Shown in pieces: positions 30,139 through 39,567 of a DNA stretch of 64,000 nt. This DNA comes from Longimicrobiales bacterium (GTDB lineage: Bacteria > Gemmatimonadota > Gemmatimonadetes > Longimicrobiales > Gaopeijiaceae), in the NCBI GenBank assembly GCA_041690395.1, contig JAWLHJ010000001.1, positions 352,001 through 416,000 of the forward strand, given 5' to 3'. Below the pieces are notes generated by a model that was given only the letters and a program-made list of their open reading frames with translations, ran no database searches and was not told the origin of the DNA. The translations under genes were made by a program, and so were the position numbers. The stretch's first letter is position 1; each line of letters starts with the position of its first letter.

Positions 30139-31130
30139 TGTCGCAGCACCTCTCCATCACCGATGAACGAGACCGCCTGCCTGGGCGCTCCATCGAAGAG
30201 CACCGTCTCCAACCTGACCCATCCGTCGGCGCACGCAACCATGGCGTGTCCATCTGCGTGCCGGACCGTGCCGGGCGGGGGAAGGGCGGCATGCGCCTCG
30301 CGCGCGGGCGCCGGCTCGACCGTCGGGGTCTCGACCAGCTCGATCACTCCCCGCTCGGCACGCACCCGCGGGTGCCCCCAGGGAGACTGGAACGGGCGGT
30401 AGTTCGCGGCCCGGACGTGCGCTTCCACGCGGGCGCCGGGTTGGGCGAAGTCGACGGTTCCGCCGTTTGGCGCCCGGCGGTCGAAATAGCGGCGACGCGA
30501 GAGGTCCTGCGGGTCGGCCGGGATCGGGTCCCCGGCCGCGGCCGCCTCGAGGAGCCGCGCCACGAGCGGGACGCCCCGCCGCACGCACTCGAGGGAGAGC
30601 GAGAGCCCCGTCGCGTCATGACGAACCGGAAAACGATCCTCGTACGCGATGGTCCCCTCGTCGATGCTCGCGGTCATCCGGTGCAGGGTCACCCCGTGCT
30701 CTTCGTGTCCGAGCAGAATCGCCCAGCTCGGCACGTTGAGCCCCGCCATCTCCGGGAGGGGGCCGGGGTGGAGGTTGTACGCGCCGAGCCGCGGCAGCTC
30801 CAGCAGGCTCGGGTGCACGATGAACAACGAGTGCACGTTCAGCACGAGATCGACGTCGCGCCCCGCCAGCTCCGCCGCCGCGTCCGGGGTCTTCACGGCC
30901 TTCGCGGGCTCGAGGGGGGCGCCCAAGCGCTCGGCCATCGCCCACACCGAGCCCATCTCGCCGGCGCGGTCCGGGGAGGCGAACACGGCCTCGATCGCCA
31001 CGGCATCCGCTTTGTCGAGGAGCTTCAACACCCGGGCTCCCGCCGCCTCCTCGGCGATCAGCACCACGCGCAGGGGGTTGGGTTCGCCGCCTCCGCCGGA
31101 CCCGCGCCTGCCGGGTCTGCCCGCCGTCAA
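30135..31130 (-). CDS. Stand-alone N10-formyl-THF-dependent formyltransferase
   Basis: YNLHPGPLPEMAGLN, GVTLHRMTASIDEG (Asn/His/Asp triad present); TTG start overlaps upstream stop. Confidence 0.85.
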   Translation of the reverse strand: MTAGRPGRRGSGGGGEPNPLRVVLIAEEAAGARVLKLLDKADAVAIEAVFASPDRAGEMGSVWAMAERLGAPLEPAKAVKTPDAAAELAGRDVDLVLNVHSLFIVHPSLLELPRLGAYNLHPGPLPEMAGLNVPSWAILLGHEEHGVTLHRMTASIDEGTIAYEDRFPVRHDATGLSLSLECVRRGVPLVARLLEAAAAGDPIPADPQDLSRRRYFDRRAPNGGTVDFAQPGARVEAHVRAANYRPFQSPWGHPRVRAERGVIELVETPTVEPAPAREAHAALPPPGTVRHADGHAMVACADGWVRLETVLFDGAPRQAVSFIGDGEVLRQ

Positions 31131-32164
31131 GCCGATCCTGCTCCGACCCGCTCCAGGACCCGCTTCGCGTGCATCAGGTCGTCCTCTTCCTGCGGGATGT
31201 CCACGATCAGCGCGCGATCCCCCATGGTGAAGTACTGCGCCAGCTCGTCGGCGACCCGGTCGTAGCTGCCCACCAAATAAGGGCAGAACGTCGAATACTG
31301 CTTGAACGGATGCAGCCAGTACGGGGAGCGCGTGGCCATGTCGCCGCCGTCGTCCGCGGCCGCCGCGTCCTGCGAGAGCTGCTTGTGCCACTGCGAGTCC
31401 GACGTCTTCATCGCGAGGTCGTGCATGATCTGGCCCCTGCGGTCCTCCGGGAAGCGCGCCTCCGCCTCCGTCCACGCAGACGCCGCGTCGTCACGCGCGA
31501 CGATCCCCACGCGCAACCCCATCTGCACGCCCTCGGGGCGCTCGACGCTGGTCTCCTCCTTCTCGGGATCCTGGGGATAGCGGATGGCCGTCGCCCCGAT
31601 CGCGCGTGCCGTCGTCAGCGCCGCAGCCGAGGATCCGGACATCAGAACCACCGGAAACAGCTCCTCCGGCAGCTTCGGCGTGAGCTTCAGGTTCTTCACC
31701 TGATAGTGATCTCCGTCGAGGGTCACCGATTCGCCCCGCAGCAGCCCCATCACGATCTGCCCGTACTCCGTGATGCGCGCGTAGCGGTCGTCGTGCGGTG
31801 TCTCGTCGCCCATCGCGATCAGGTCGTTGCGGAAGCCGCCCGCCACCAGGTTCAGCGACATCCGCCGCCCGTGCAGGAACGACAGCGACGCCACCATCTT
31901 GGCGACGGAGTAGGGATGCATGTACGCCGGCTGCACGGCCACCAGGGGCGAGAGCCGCTCCGTGCGCTCGAGCACGATCTGCGCGAGCAGCCACGGGTCC
32001 ACCAGCGAGTTGTCCGTGTAGATCAGCATCCCCGTGCACCCCTGCCGGTCACTCCACTGCGCCACCCGCGTCGCCGCCTCGAGGTACTCGGCCCCGGAAT
32101 CGTAGAACTTGGATTGCGGGAGGGTGGAGTACAGGTCGATCGGGGTGCTGTCGCCGTTGAACAT
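31127..32164 (-). CDS. LLM-class flavin-dependent monooxygenase (SsuD-like)
   Basis: DPWLLAQ, PLVAVQP, LNLVAG, HDDRYAR, MSGSS, LVGSYDRVA; ATG 32164. Confidence 0.88.
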   Translation of the reverse strand: MFNGDSTPIDLYSTLPQSKFYDSGAEYLEAATRVAQWSDRQGCTGMLIYTDNSLVDPWLLAQIVLERTERLSPLVAVQPAYMHPYSVAKMVASLSFLHGRRMSLNLVAGGFRNDLIAMGDETPHDDRYARITEYGQIVMGLLRGESVTLDGDHYQVKNLKLTPKLPEELFPVVLMSGSSAAALTTARAIGATAIRYPQDPEKEETSVERPEGVQMGLRVGIVARDDAASAWTEAEARFPEDRRGQIMHDLAMKTSDSQWHKQLSQDAAAADDGGDMATRSPYWLHPFKQYSTFCPYLVGSYDRVADELAQYFTMGDRALIVDIPQEEDDLMHAKRVLERVGAGSA

Positions 32165-32382
32165 GCTGCCTCTCTTCCGGGTGCCTGGGACCTGGTAGTG
32201 ACGCGCCCTGCCTAGCGCGGGCGACACCTCTGTCGCCGGGTCGCGTCACCTGTTCGGACGGTCACGAGGAGGCTCGGAGCCCCGCGCGCCTACTGGTGCT
32301 GCGACGCGGGGCCCGGGAGGGGGTGCGGCCGGCCGCGTGACCGAGGGTAGAGGGAAGCAAGAAGACGGCCAGTCGTGGCTGA

Positions 32383-32919
32383 TCATCTTGCGATTACGCC
32401 GATGCGCTCTTTGCCACTCTTTCCGCCGCCGGCCGCTCGTCCGACCTGGCCTGCCCAGAGGAAAGACAGGCGCGCCAGAAGCAGAAATGCGATCGGGAAC
32501 GCGACGCTCTGGAAGGACGTCTTGATGATGGCCTTCATGATGCCCGTGCCGGCGCCTCCGGCCGTGGCCGCGGAGAGGGCGATGGACACATTGCGCGCGT
32601 ACATGAGGGCGGCCCCGATGATCAGCAGGGCGATGATGATGTGCACGAAGCCCAGGGCACGGAGCGGCCAGGCCCGGTCTGCGTGCGCGAACCACACCTG
32701 GACGAGCGCGAAGCCGAACGCCACGCTGAGCAGGCCGTTGAAGCTCCCGGAGACCGTCCCAAACTCCCACTCTCGGTTGCCGAAGTTGGTCGGGAACCAG
32801 GTGAGCAATACGTCCACGCCAGCTACCAGCACGAAAAGGATGCCGATACCGCCGGCCACCCGAGCGAGCTGGTCCTGGGTGACGGGGGGGCGAGGCGACG
32901 CTGATTGACGATCTGACAT
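32383..32919 (-). CDS. Hypothetical four-TM membrane protein
   Basis: Four hydrophobic segments, WFPTNFGNREWEFG loop. Confidence 0.7.
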   Translation of the reverse strand: MSDRQSASPRPPVTQDQLARVAGGIGILFVLVAGVDVLLTWFPTNFGNREWEFGTVSGSFNGLLSVAFGFALVQVWFAHADRAWPLRALGFVHIIIALLIIGAALMYARNVSIALSAATAGGAGTGIMKAIIKTSFQSVAFPIAFLLLARLSFLWAGQVGRAAGGGKSGKERIGVIAR

Positions 32920-32982
32920 GGGCCCGTGTCCGGTTCGGTGTGACGGATGGACAACCTACGCGCGCACATCCGGTGTGGATAG

Positions 32983-33025
32983 GAAAAGAATCGGGCCGGC
33001 CCCAACCAAGGGACCGGCCCGTTTT
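32983..33025 (-). terminator. Intrinsic terminator of the PEP-CTERM gene (possibly bidirectional)
   Basis: Minus strand CGGGCCGGTCCC-TTGGTT-GGGGCCGGCCCG followed by ATTCTTTT; TTTT on the other side. Confidence 0.75.
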
Positions 33026-33050
33026 GCGGTGCCGTTCGTCCGAAGGACGC

Positions 33051-33833
33051 CTAGGCCGTCAGGTCGAACTCCGACTCACGACGACGGCGGATGCTGACGA
33101 AGCCGAGGCCGAGGAGTCCGCTGGCAAGGAGCAGCCAGGTGGTGGGCTCGGGGACGGTGTGACAGTTGTCGCCAGAGATGCACTGAGTCGACAGGCCGTC
33201 CGGTCCGTTCTGGCCGAAGACGAGCATCTCAGTCGTCGCGAGGTCCCACTGACCATCGATGGCAAAGTTGATCGTGATCCACCCGGCGGCCGTTGGGTCG
33301 TTGTGGAAATCGTCGCCTGCGCAGGGATTCAACCATAGTTCGGCACCGGGCAAGCCCTCCTCGTCACACATATTGGCGAGGCCGTTTTGCACACCACTCG
33401 TCTTGGGCGGCGTCGTCTGCTTCGAACTGGTTGTGAGGTCCAGTTCAACGATCCCACCAGCGCTATTCGGGTTGGTGAGGGTCCAGTCCTTCTGTGCCCC
33501 CGTACCGTCGCCGTCCATGACGAGGGGCCCCAGCGCTTCAGCCGCGATGGAGCTTCCGCTGGCATAATCCTGGTGGAAGAAGCCGATCTTCGAAAACACT
33601 GTGCTCGCGTGGGTGCCATTTGAGCCGGACAGGTTCCAGATCTTCATTTCGACGTTGGACACTCCGACAAAGTTCGCATCGTTACTGACCGTGACGAACA
33701 CGGACGCACAGGTGTCGAAGTGGTTTCCGCCACAGACGAGCCAGTTTCTCTCCTGCTGCGCCTCGGCTGCCGATGGAGCTGCGATCAGGGCAATGCCCGC
33801 TATCGCGCTCCAGGTCCAAATCAGTTTCTTCAT
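33051..33833 (-). CDS. PEP-CTERM sorting domain protein
   Basis: Signal peptide ending AEA; C-terminal VPEPTT + WLLLASGLLGLGFVSI + RRRR; six Cys. Confidence 0.92.
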   Translation of the reverse strand: MKKLIWTWSAIAGIALIAAPSAAEAQQERNWLVCGGNHFDTCASVFVTVSNDANFVGVSNVEMKIWNLSGSNGTHASTVFSKIGFFHQDYASGSSIAAEALGPLVMDGDGTGAQKDWTLTNPNSAGGIVELDLTTSSKQTTPPKTSGVQNGLANMCDEEGLPGAELWLNPCAGDDFHNDPTAAGWITINFAIDGQWDLATTEMLVFGQNGPDGLSTQCISGDNCHTVPEPTTWLLLASGLLGLGFVSIRRRRESEFDLTA

Positions 33834-33885
33834 CTACTCGCCCTCGGTCGAACGTGGGGGGTATGCACCGCAGTGCCCCATTGGT

Positions 33886-33901
33886 TGCAACCGTCATGCC
33901 G
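33886..33901 (-). promoter_or_regulatory. Sigma54-type -24/-12 promoter motif of PEP-CTERM gene
   Basis: CGGCAT-GACGG-TTGCA (GG-N10-GC), about 50 bp upstream of ATG 33833. Confidence 0.7.
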
Positions 33902-33999
33902 CGGGACCGACTGAGGAGGATCCGCGCAAACACTGGGCTCTCGGCGTTTCTTCGGCCCACGTCGCGGGCTTCGATTGTGGTGTCGATCCCTCAGTCGCG

Positions 34000-34015
34000 T
34001 GTGACGCCGCCCACA
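34000..34015. promoter_or_regulatory. Candidate enhancer-binding-protein site
   Basis: TGT-N10-ACA inside GTGTG-N8-CACAC palindrome, about 100 bp upstream of the sigma54 motif. Confidence 0.4.
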
Positions 34016-34034
34016 CCGTGGTATGCATGCAGCA

Positions 34035-35042
34035 CTAGGGTACGGGGATGATCGCCAGCTCCGAGGGCGCGCGCACCAGCAGCTCCCACCGTACCACGCC
34101 GCTCCCGTCGTCGAACGGTGAGAGCATCCCGACGGCGGACACGGTATCTCCCTCCGCCGGACGCGGGATCCCGAGGAACGGGCGGAGCACGACATCGGCC
34201 GGCCCGCTCCCGTCATCCGCCAGGAACCGGAAGTCGTTGGTGCCGGCGACGGTCATCGTGTCCGATACGACCGCGGTCCGGATCACGACGAGCGCCGCGT
34301 CCAATGCCCCACCGTCGGCGGTCGCCGCCGCCACGGTAGAGACCTCCACGGGCACGGGCACCTGGGCCTGCTGGATCAGGATGTAGGGCGTCACGGCGTC
34401 GAGACCCGGCTGGCCGGCCTCTCTCGTGGTGGTCCCGAGGAACCGGACGGAATCGCCCACGGAGACGTTCGGCGTGGAGCGGTCCACGTTCGTCGCCTGC
34501 AGGTAACGCGATGCCCCGCGCAGAAACACGCGACCATCACCGAAGTTCGGGCGAGGATTCAGGGCGATTCCGGTGGTGAACACCCTGCGCCCCGGCTCCG
34601 CGTCGGCTACCTCCTCGACGGTCAGCGCCGGATACGTCGCCCCGAGCACGATCTCGACCGGCTCCTCGAGCCCGACATCGAACGGCTCGGCCGCCTCCAC
34701 GGGCACCAGCGAGTCCGCGAGCACGTCCGTGCCGACCGCGAGCGTGTAGCGGCCGACGGGCACGTCCTCGAACAGGAACACGCCTTCGTCGTCGGTCTCG
34801 GCCGTGGCGATCTCCACCCCGCCGGACGCCGCGGTGAGCACGACGCTCACCCCGGCCAGCGGTTCGTCCTGGGCCCCCGCGGTCCCGTTCCCGTTGAGAT
34901 CCAGATACGCCTGTCCGACCACGGCCCCGGAGGCCGAGATCTCGAGGCGGTCGATGTCCGTGGCGTCCGAGCAGGCGCCGAGCGCCAGGCCCAGCCCGGC
35001 CAGAGTCGCCGCCGTCGTCTTGATGCGTCGCATCGCCTTCAT
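34035..35042 (-). CDS. Lipoprotein with SdrD-B/prealbumin-like domain
   Basis: LGAC lipobox; GQAYLDLNGNG..DEPLAGVSVVL..TDDEGVFLFEDVPVGRY; ATGA-coupled to the receptor gene. Confidence 0.75.
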   Translation of the reverse strand: MKAMRRIKTTAATLAGLGLALGACSDATDIDRLEISASGAVVGQAYLDLNGNGTAGAQDEPLAGVSVVLTAASGGVEIATAETDDEGVFLFEDVPVGRYTLAVGTDVLADSLVPVEAAEPFDVGLEEPVEIVLGATYPALTVEEVADAEPGRRVFTTGIALNPRPNFGDGRVFLRGASRYLQATNVDRSTPNVSVGDSVRFLGTTTREAGQPGLDAVTPYILIQQAQVPVPVEVSTVAAATADGGALDAALVVIRTAVVSDTMTVAGTNDFRFLADDGSGPADVVLRPFLGIPRPAEGDTVSAVGMLSPFDDGSGVVRWELLVRAPSELAIIPVP

Positions 35043-37990
35043 CCTCCGATCCTCAGTCCGACGCGGAGCATGCGGCCGCGGCTGGTGGGCACGATGACGT
35101 TTCCGAAGTCGGGGTTCACCATGAGCGGGACGGTGACCCGGGTGTCGCCCTGGGCGTACGTGAGGTCCGCTTCGGGATCGACGAGCATGAGTGCCTCGTC
35201 GATGAGTCCTTCCTCGGGCTCGATCAGATTCAGCCCTTCGACGAACATCGAGGCCGGGCGCCCGCCGAGCTCACCGAGTCCGACGCGCAGTCGGACGGAG
35301 AGATCGTGGCTCGAGGGACCCCGGCACGAGTTCCGCACCGCGAACCCGCCCGACTGGTTCCGGAGGCACCGCCACTCGGAGTGCAGGGCGCCGAGCTCGT
35401 CGGGCTGCGGCACGAACGGCACGTCGTTCTCGAACGATCCGTCGCCGTTGGCGTCGACGCCGTACCGGTAGCGGGGCGTGAACGGGCGACCGGAGGCGAA
35501 CCGGTAGGTCGCGGCCACGGACGAGCCGGGGAGCGATGGGATCCTGACGAGCGCGCTCGCGGTCACGCGGTCGGGCACGTCAAAGTCGGAGCGCCCCTCG
35601 GACCAGTCCTCGACGAAGGCCGGCAGTAGCGGATCGAGCTCGGCCTCGGCCGATCCCCGCGCGGCGCCGATCCAGTTGTCGCGGGTCTCGGACCGCGTGA
35701 ACGCGCCGTAGAGGTCGAGGACGTCACTTCGGTACTCGAGCCCGGCGGTCACACCCCGGTACTCCGACCAGCCATCGGGGTCGAGCGCCCACACCGCCCC
35801 GAACGCCGGGAAGCGGCGGCCGTCGTCGCCCTCGACGGTGATCAGCGCACCGTCTTTCACCAGCGTGTCGTAGACGTCGCGGGACGACTGGTCCCGCGCG
35901 CTCGGCGCGGTGGGCAGGTTCAGGTCGCGGCGGCGCATCAGGAAGTCGGTGCGCCGGAAATCCCCGGACAGGTGCACGGAGAGGCCCGCGGCCAGCTCCC
36001 GCACGACCCCCGCGGTCGCCCGCAGCGAACGCGGAGGCTGAACGTCGGGGCCGAGCAGCGCGAGCGTCGGCGCCGACCCAGCCGAGCCGGGCACGGTGGC
36101 GTTCAGCCAGCTCAGGCCGGATCCGGCGTAGCGCGTGGCCTCCACCGCGCCGTCACGCGCGAACGCCTCGAACAGGTGCCGGGCATCGACGTCGCCACTG
36201 TGGAGCGAGCCCACTCCGAACAGGCGCGTGCGCCCGTCGCCCGCCGGGTCCCATGCGAACGCAGCGCGCGCATCGACCTGCGGAAACGCGCTCGGATAGT
36301 CCGTGTTGGAGAGCCCGGATACGGCGAGCCAGTCGGTGTCGAGCGAGGGCTCGCCATCGGGGATCTGCTCGTAGTCGAACCGCGCGCCGAGCGAGACGTC
36401 GAGGCCCGGTGCGGGCGTCACGTCGTACTGCGCGAACATCCCGACCTCACGAGTCGTGAACGTGGCCTGCGCCTCGTCCGCGACCCGGGCCACCCCGCGT
36501 CCGGCGAGGAGCGCATCGGCATCGGTGAAGAGGAAGTCGCCCGTGCCCCAGGTGGCGCTGCTCATGTCGTGACGCGCCGCGCGCACGGAGACGCCGCCCT
36601 TCAGCGCGCCCGATGTACCGAGGTCCCAGCGGATGACCGGCAGGAGCGAGAAGTCCGTGCGGGACGTCTCGGCCGGCGCACCGGGGACGTCGCCGAGGGG
36701 GATGCCCGCTTCGGCGAGGTACGCCGAGGGGATCCACGGGGTCGCCGACGCGAACGTCCGGTCGCTCGCCGACACGCCGCCGCGGAGCTCGAGCGTGACC
36801 CCTTCGGAGAGCTCGCTCACGAAGCTGCTCGCCAGCGAGAACTCGGTGGACGTCTCTCCGAGGCCGGCGGCAGGGGCCGGGAGGGAGCCCGGACCGTCGA
36901 ACGTGCGCTCCGAGTAGCTGAGCGCGCCGCGGATGAACACGCGGCTGTTCTCGTTCGGCTGGGTGCTGAAGCGCCCGAGTCCGGAGTAGCGCGAGATGCG
37001 CTCGACGGACGGTGCCGCGAGCGACGTCACGACCTCCGCGCCGAGCCCGCCGAGCGCCTCGGCCAGCTCCGGCCCGACGCGCGGCGCGAGCGGCGCCTCG
37101 TGCTGGAGCATCTCCGAGGCGATCAGGAGCTGGGTGGTGTCCGGCTTGATGTCGAACGACGCGCGGCCGGCCGCCTGGTACGAGGTCAGACCTGGCGTGT
37201 CGTCGAGGTCGAGCTGGCCCGACGACCAGAGCGGCCCGCCGCTCCAGGCCCCTTCGACCTCGGCGCCGCTCCCGACCCCGGACAGCGTCGCGGCGGTGGC
37301 GTACCCGCCGGCCGCGCCCGCCCACTCCGCGTCGGTCGCGTTGTGGAATGCCGTCACCGAGGAGAGGAACGCGCGCGGGAAGAACGCATCCGCCAGGTGC
37401 TCCGAGCGCCGCGTCGGGTGCTCGGCCCGGGCGACGGGGAGCCCGTCGGTGATCAGCAGGGACATCGACCCCGGAAGGCCCTGACTGCCGAGATCGGGCC
37501 CGAACGCGGAGGAGCGACCGACGATGGCGCTGAGGTCGCCGAAGCGGGTCGGGAGCTCGTTCACGTCCGTGCCTCCGAGCCTCAGACCGCCCGGGCGGTT
37601 CCGCGAGGACGCCGTGGCCTCGATGGCGACCGTGTCGACGGACACCACGGGCGGCGTCGCCGTCCGGAGGCTGAGGGGAACCCGCACCGCGTCACCGCCG
37701 GCGAGCTCGAGTGTGCGCGCGACGAGCGGCTGGTAGCCGAAGGCCTCGGCGCGGATCTGGTACGTGCCGGGGGCGGCGAGCGGAAACGCGAACGTGCCCC
37801 CTGCGCCCGTGATCGCCTCGAGCGTGGAGCCTCCGCCGATGGCTTCGAGCGTCACCACGGTCCGCGGGATGGGCTGGCCGAGGTCGTCGGTGATGGTGCC
37901 GCGCACGGAGGCGGAGACGACGGACTGGGCGGAGGCCGGGTCGGGGGCGATGGAGGCGGCCGCCAGCGTCAGCGCGACGAGTCGGGGCAT
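35039..37990 (-). CDS. TonB-dependent receptor-like outer membrane protein (Oar-type, N-terminal carboxypeptidase-regulatory-like domain)
   Basis: Signal ending ASAQ; VRGTITDDLGQPI..PGTYQIRAEAFGY; LGARFDYE; SGRPFTP..DANGDG; start moved to ATG 37990. Confidence 0.8.
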   Translation of the reverse strand: MPRLVALTLAAASIAPDPASAQSVVSASVRGTITDDLGQPIPRTVVTLEAIGGGSTLEAITGAGGTFAFPLAAPGTYQIRAEAFGYQPLVARTLELAGGDAVRVPLSLRTATPPVVSVDTVAIEATASSRNRPGGLRLGGTDVNELPTRFGDLSAIVGRSSAFGPDLGSQGLPGSMSLLITDGLPVARAEHPTRRSEHLADAFFPRAFLSSVTAFHNATDAEWAGAAGGYATAATLSGVGSGAEVEGAWSGGPLWSSGQLDLDDTPGLTSYQAAGRASFDIKPDTTQLLIASEMLQHEAPLAPRVGPELAEALGGLGAEVVTSLAAPSVERISRYSGLGRFSTQPNENSRVFIRGALSYSERTFDGPGSLPAPAAGLGETSTEFSLASSFVSELSEGVTLELRGGVSASDRTFASATPWIPSAYLAEAGIPLGDVPGAPAETSRTDFSLLPVIRWDLGTSGALKGGVSVRAARHDMSSATWGTGDFLFTDADALLAGRGVARVADEAQATFTTREVGMFAQYDVTPAPGLDVSLGARFDYEQIPDGEPSLDTDWLAVSGLSNTDYPSAFPQVDARAAFAWDPAGDGRTRLFGVGSLHSGDVDARHLFEAFARDGAVEATRYAGSGLSWLNATVPGSAGSAPTLALLGPDVQPPRSLRATAGVVRELAAGLSVHLSGDFRRTDFLMRRRDLNLPTAPSARDQSSRDVYDTLVKDGALITVEGDDGRRFPAFGAVWALDPDGWSEYRGVTAGLEYRSDVLDLYGAFTRSETRDNWIGAARGSAEAELDPLLPAFVEDWSEGRSDFDVPDRVTASALVRIPSLPGSSVAATYRFASGRPFTPRYRYGVDANGDGSFENDVPFVPQPDELGALHSEWRCLRNQSGGFAVRNSCRGPSSHDLSVRLRVGLGELGGRPASMFVEGLNLIEPEEGLIDEALMLVDPEADLTYAQGDTRVTVPLMVNPDFGNVIVPTSRGRMLRVGLRIGG

Positions 37991-38085
37991 CAGGAATAGA
38001 ATGCTCGGTCGCAAAGCAGCGCTCGTCGGTGGTGTGTGAAAGGGGCCGGACGAAGATACGAGGGAACGGGAGCTTCTGACTACCG

Positions 38086-38101
38086 TGCGTGTTTCATGCC
38101 A
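38086..38101 (-). promoter_or_regulatory. Possible sigma54 promoter motif of receptor operon
   Basis: TGGCAT-GAAAC-ACGCA (GG-N10-GC, weak -12 box). Confidence 0.45.
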
Positions 38102-38166
38102 GAACGCTCCAGGAACGTGACGACGATACTGTTGACCTTGGAGCGTCCCCTTCAGACAGTTTGTGC

Positions 38167-39456
38167 ATGCGCCCCATCCCGGCTTCTTTGCCTCTGACGA
38201 TCCTCGGCACTTGCATCGTCCTCGCAGCCTGCCAGGCCCCTGAGGCCGTACCGCAGCCGGAGGAGCTCGGCGTCGTGGAGCTACCGGTCGATGAAAGCGC
38301 GTGCACGGGGCCGCCCGATGGCGGTTCACCGACCGCAACGGCGCTGCAGGTGGATACCGTGGCGACCGGGCTCGACGTGCCTTGGGATGTCGCGTTCAGC
38401 GACGACGGTCGAGCCTTCATCACGGAGCGCCCTGGACGCATCCGGCTCGTCGCATCGAATGGAACCCTGGCCGAGGAGCCCTGGGCCCGGCTCGACGTCT
38501 ACACGGAGGGCGAAGTCGGCCTGATGGGTATCGATGTTCGGAGGAACGGCGAGGGTATCCTGGAGGTCTACGTAGCCGCGACCCACCGTCGGGTGGACGG
38601 CGGTAATCTGACGAGACTGGCCCGGGGCGCGTGGCGTAGGGTGATCCGCAGCATCGATCCGGAACGCGGACATCCCACCACGCTGCGCGTACTCCGCATT
38701 CGTGAGGTCGACGGTCGCGCGTCGGAGCCGGAGGTCGTCATTGATGGCCTGCCGGCCTTCATGCTTCATAGCGGCGGGGCCCTTCGATTCGGCCCCGACG
38801 GCTTCCTCTACCTTTCGAACGGCGACGGCGCCGCACCGTGGACGGCTCACGACCCGGAATCCCATCGAGGAAAGATTCTTCGGTATCTCCCTGACGGTAC
38901 GCCGCAGGGGGTCGCGCCGGAGTCCCCGGTGTTCGCCAGGGGCATCCGGCATGTTCAAGGGATGAGTTGGCATCCTGGCAACGAGGACCTGTTCGTCATC
39001 GACCACGGGCCGACAGGGCTCGACGTCGAAGACGGGCGGAGGGACCGTGACGAGCTCAGCGTGGTGGAGCCTGGCGGTCACCTGGGTTGGCCGATCGCGA
39101 CGGGGGTGACGGAGGGAGGAGGGCTGCGCTCGGCGGTGTTCCAGTGGACTCCGGCCATCGCTCCCGCTGGAATGGATATCGACGGGCGAGCGGAGTCCCC
39201 GTGGTACGGCGACGCGGTCGTGGCCGGCTTGCGGGGACGCACCCTTCAGCGGATCGCCCTGACCCGGAACGGGGATGGCGGTTGGGTCGCTTCTTGCGGC
39301 GATGTCCTCTCGAGCGGAGGGTACGGCCGCATGCGTCTCGTCCGGTTCGCTCCTGACGGATCTTTGTGGGTGGGCACCAGTAACGAGGACGGTCGCGGAA
39401 GTCCGCGTCCGGGAGGCGATGTGATTCTTCGCATCCGCCCACCGTCCGAAGGCTGA
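38167..39456 (+). CDS. PQQ-dependent sugar dehydrogenase (glucose/sorbosone family) lipoprotein
   Basis: LAAC lipobox; GLDVPWDVAF, ITERPGRIR, HSGGALRFGPDG, GIRHVQG, DHGP, YGRMR. Confidence 0.85.
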   Translation: MRPIPASLPLTILGTCIVLAACQAPEAVPQPEELGVVELPVDESACTGPPDGGSPTATALQVDTVATGLDVPWDVAFSDDGRAFITERPGRIRLVASNGTLAEEPWARLDVYTEGEVGLMGIDVRRNGEGILEVYVAATHRRVDGGNLTRLARGAWRRVIRSIDPERGHPTTLRVLRIREVDGRASEPEVVIDGLPAFMLHSGGALRFGPDGFLYLSNGDGAAPWTAHDPESHRGKILRYLPDGTPQGVAPESPVFARGIRHVQGMSWHPGNEDLFVIDHGPTGLDVEDGRRDRDELSVVEPGGHLGWPIATGVTEGGGLRSAVFQWTPAIAPAGMDIDGRAESPWYGDAVVAGLRGRTLQRIALTRNGDGGWVASCGDVLSSGGYGRMRLVRFAPDGSLWVGTSNEDGRGSPRPGGDVILRIRPPSEG

Positions 39457-39460
39457 GCCG

Positions 39461-39476
39461 TGGTGCACTCCTTGCT
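39461..39476 (+). promoter_or_regulatory. Sigma54-type promoter motif of NRPS-PKS operon
   Basis: TGGTGC-ACTCC-TTGCT (GG-N10-GC), about 90 bp upstream of ATG 39568. Confidence 0.55.
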
Positions 39477-39567
39477 CGCGTACTCATCGATTCCCTCCGA
39501 TCTTGGACGAGCGGGCTATCGGCCTGTCTCGCACTCCTGACCGCCGTATCCGGGAAACCTTCGAAAT

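Noticed and set aside
28403..30292. 913-aa ORF 27551-30292 as one gene
   Set aside because: Upstream part is Arg/Gly-rich off-frame overlap of two real genes; only 27551-28402 kept
30135..31130. Housekeeping methionyl-tRNA formyltransferase fmt
   Set aside because: Lacks FMGTP and HPSLLP..RG motifs; context is an LLM operon
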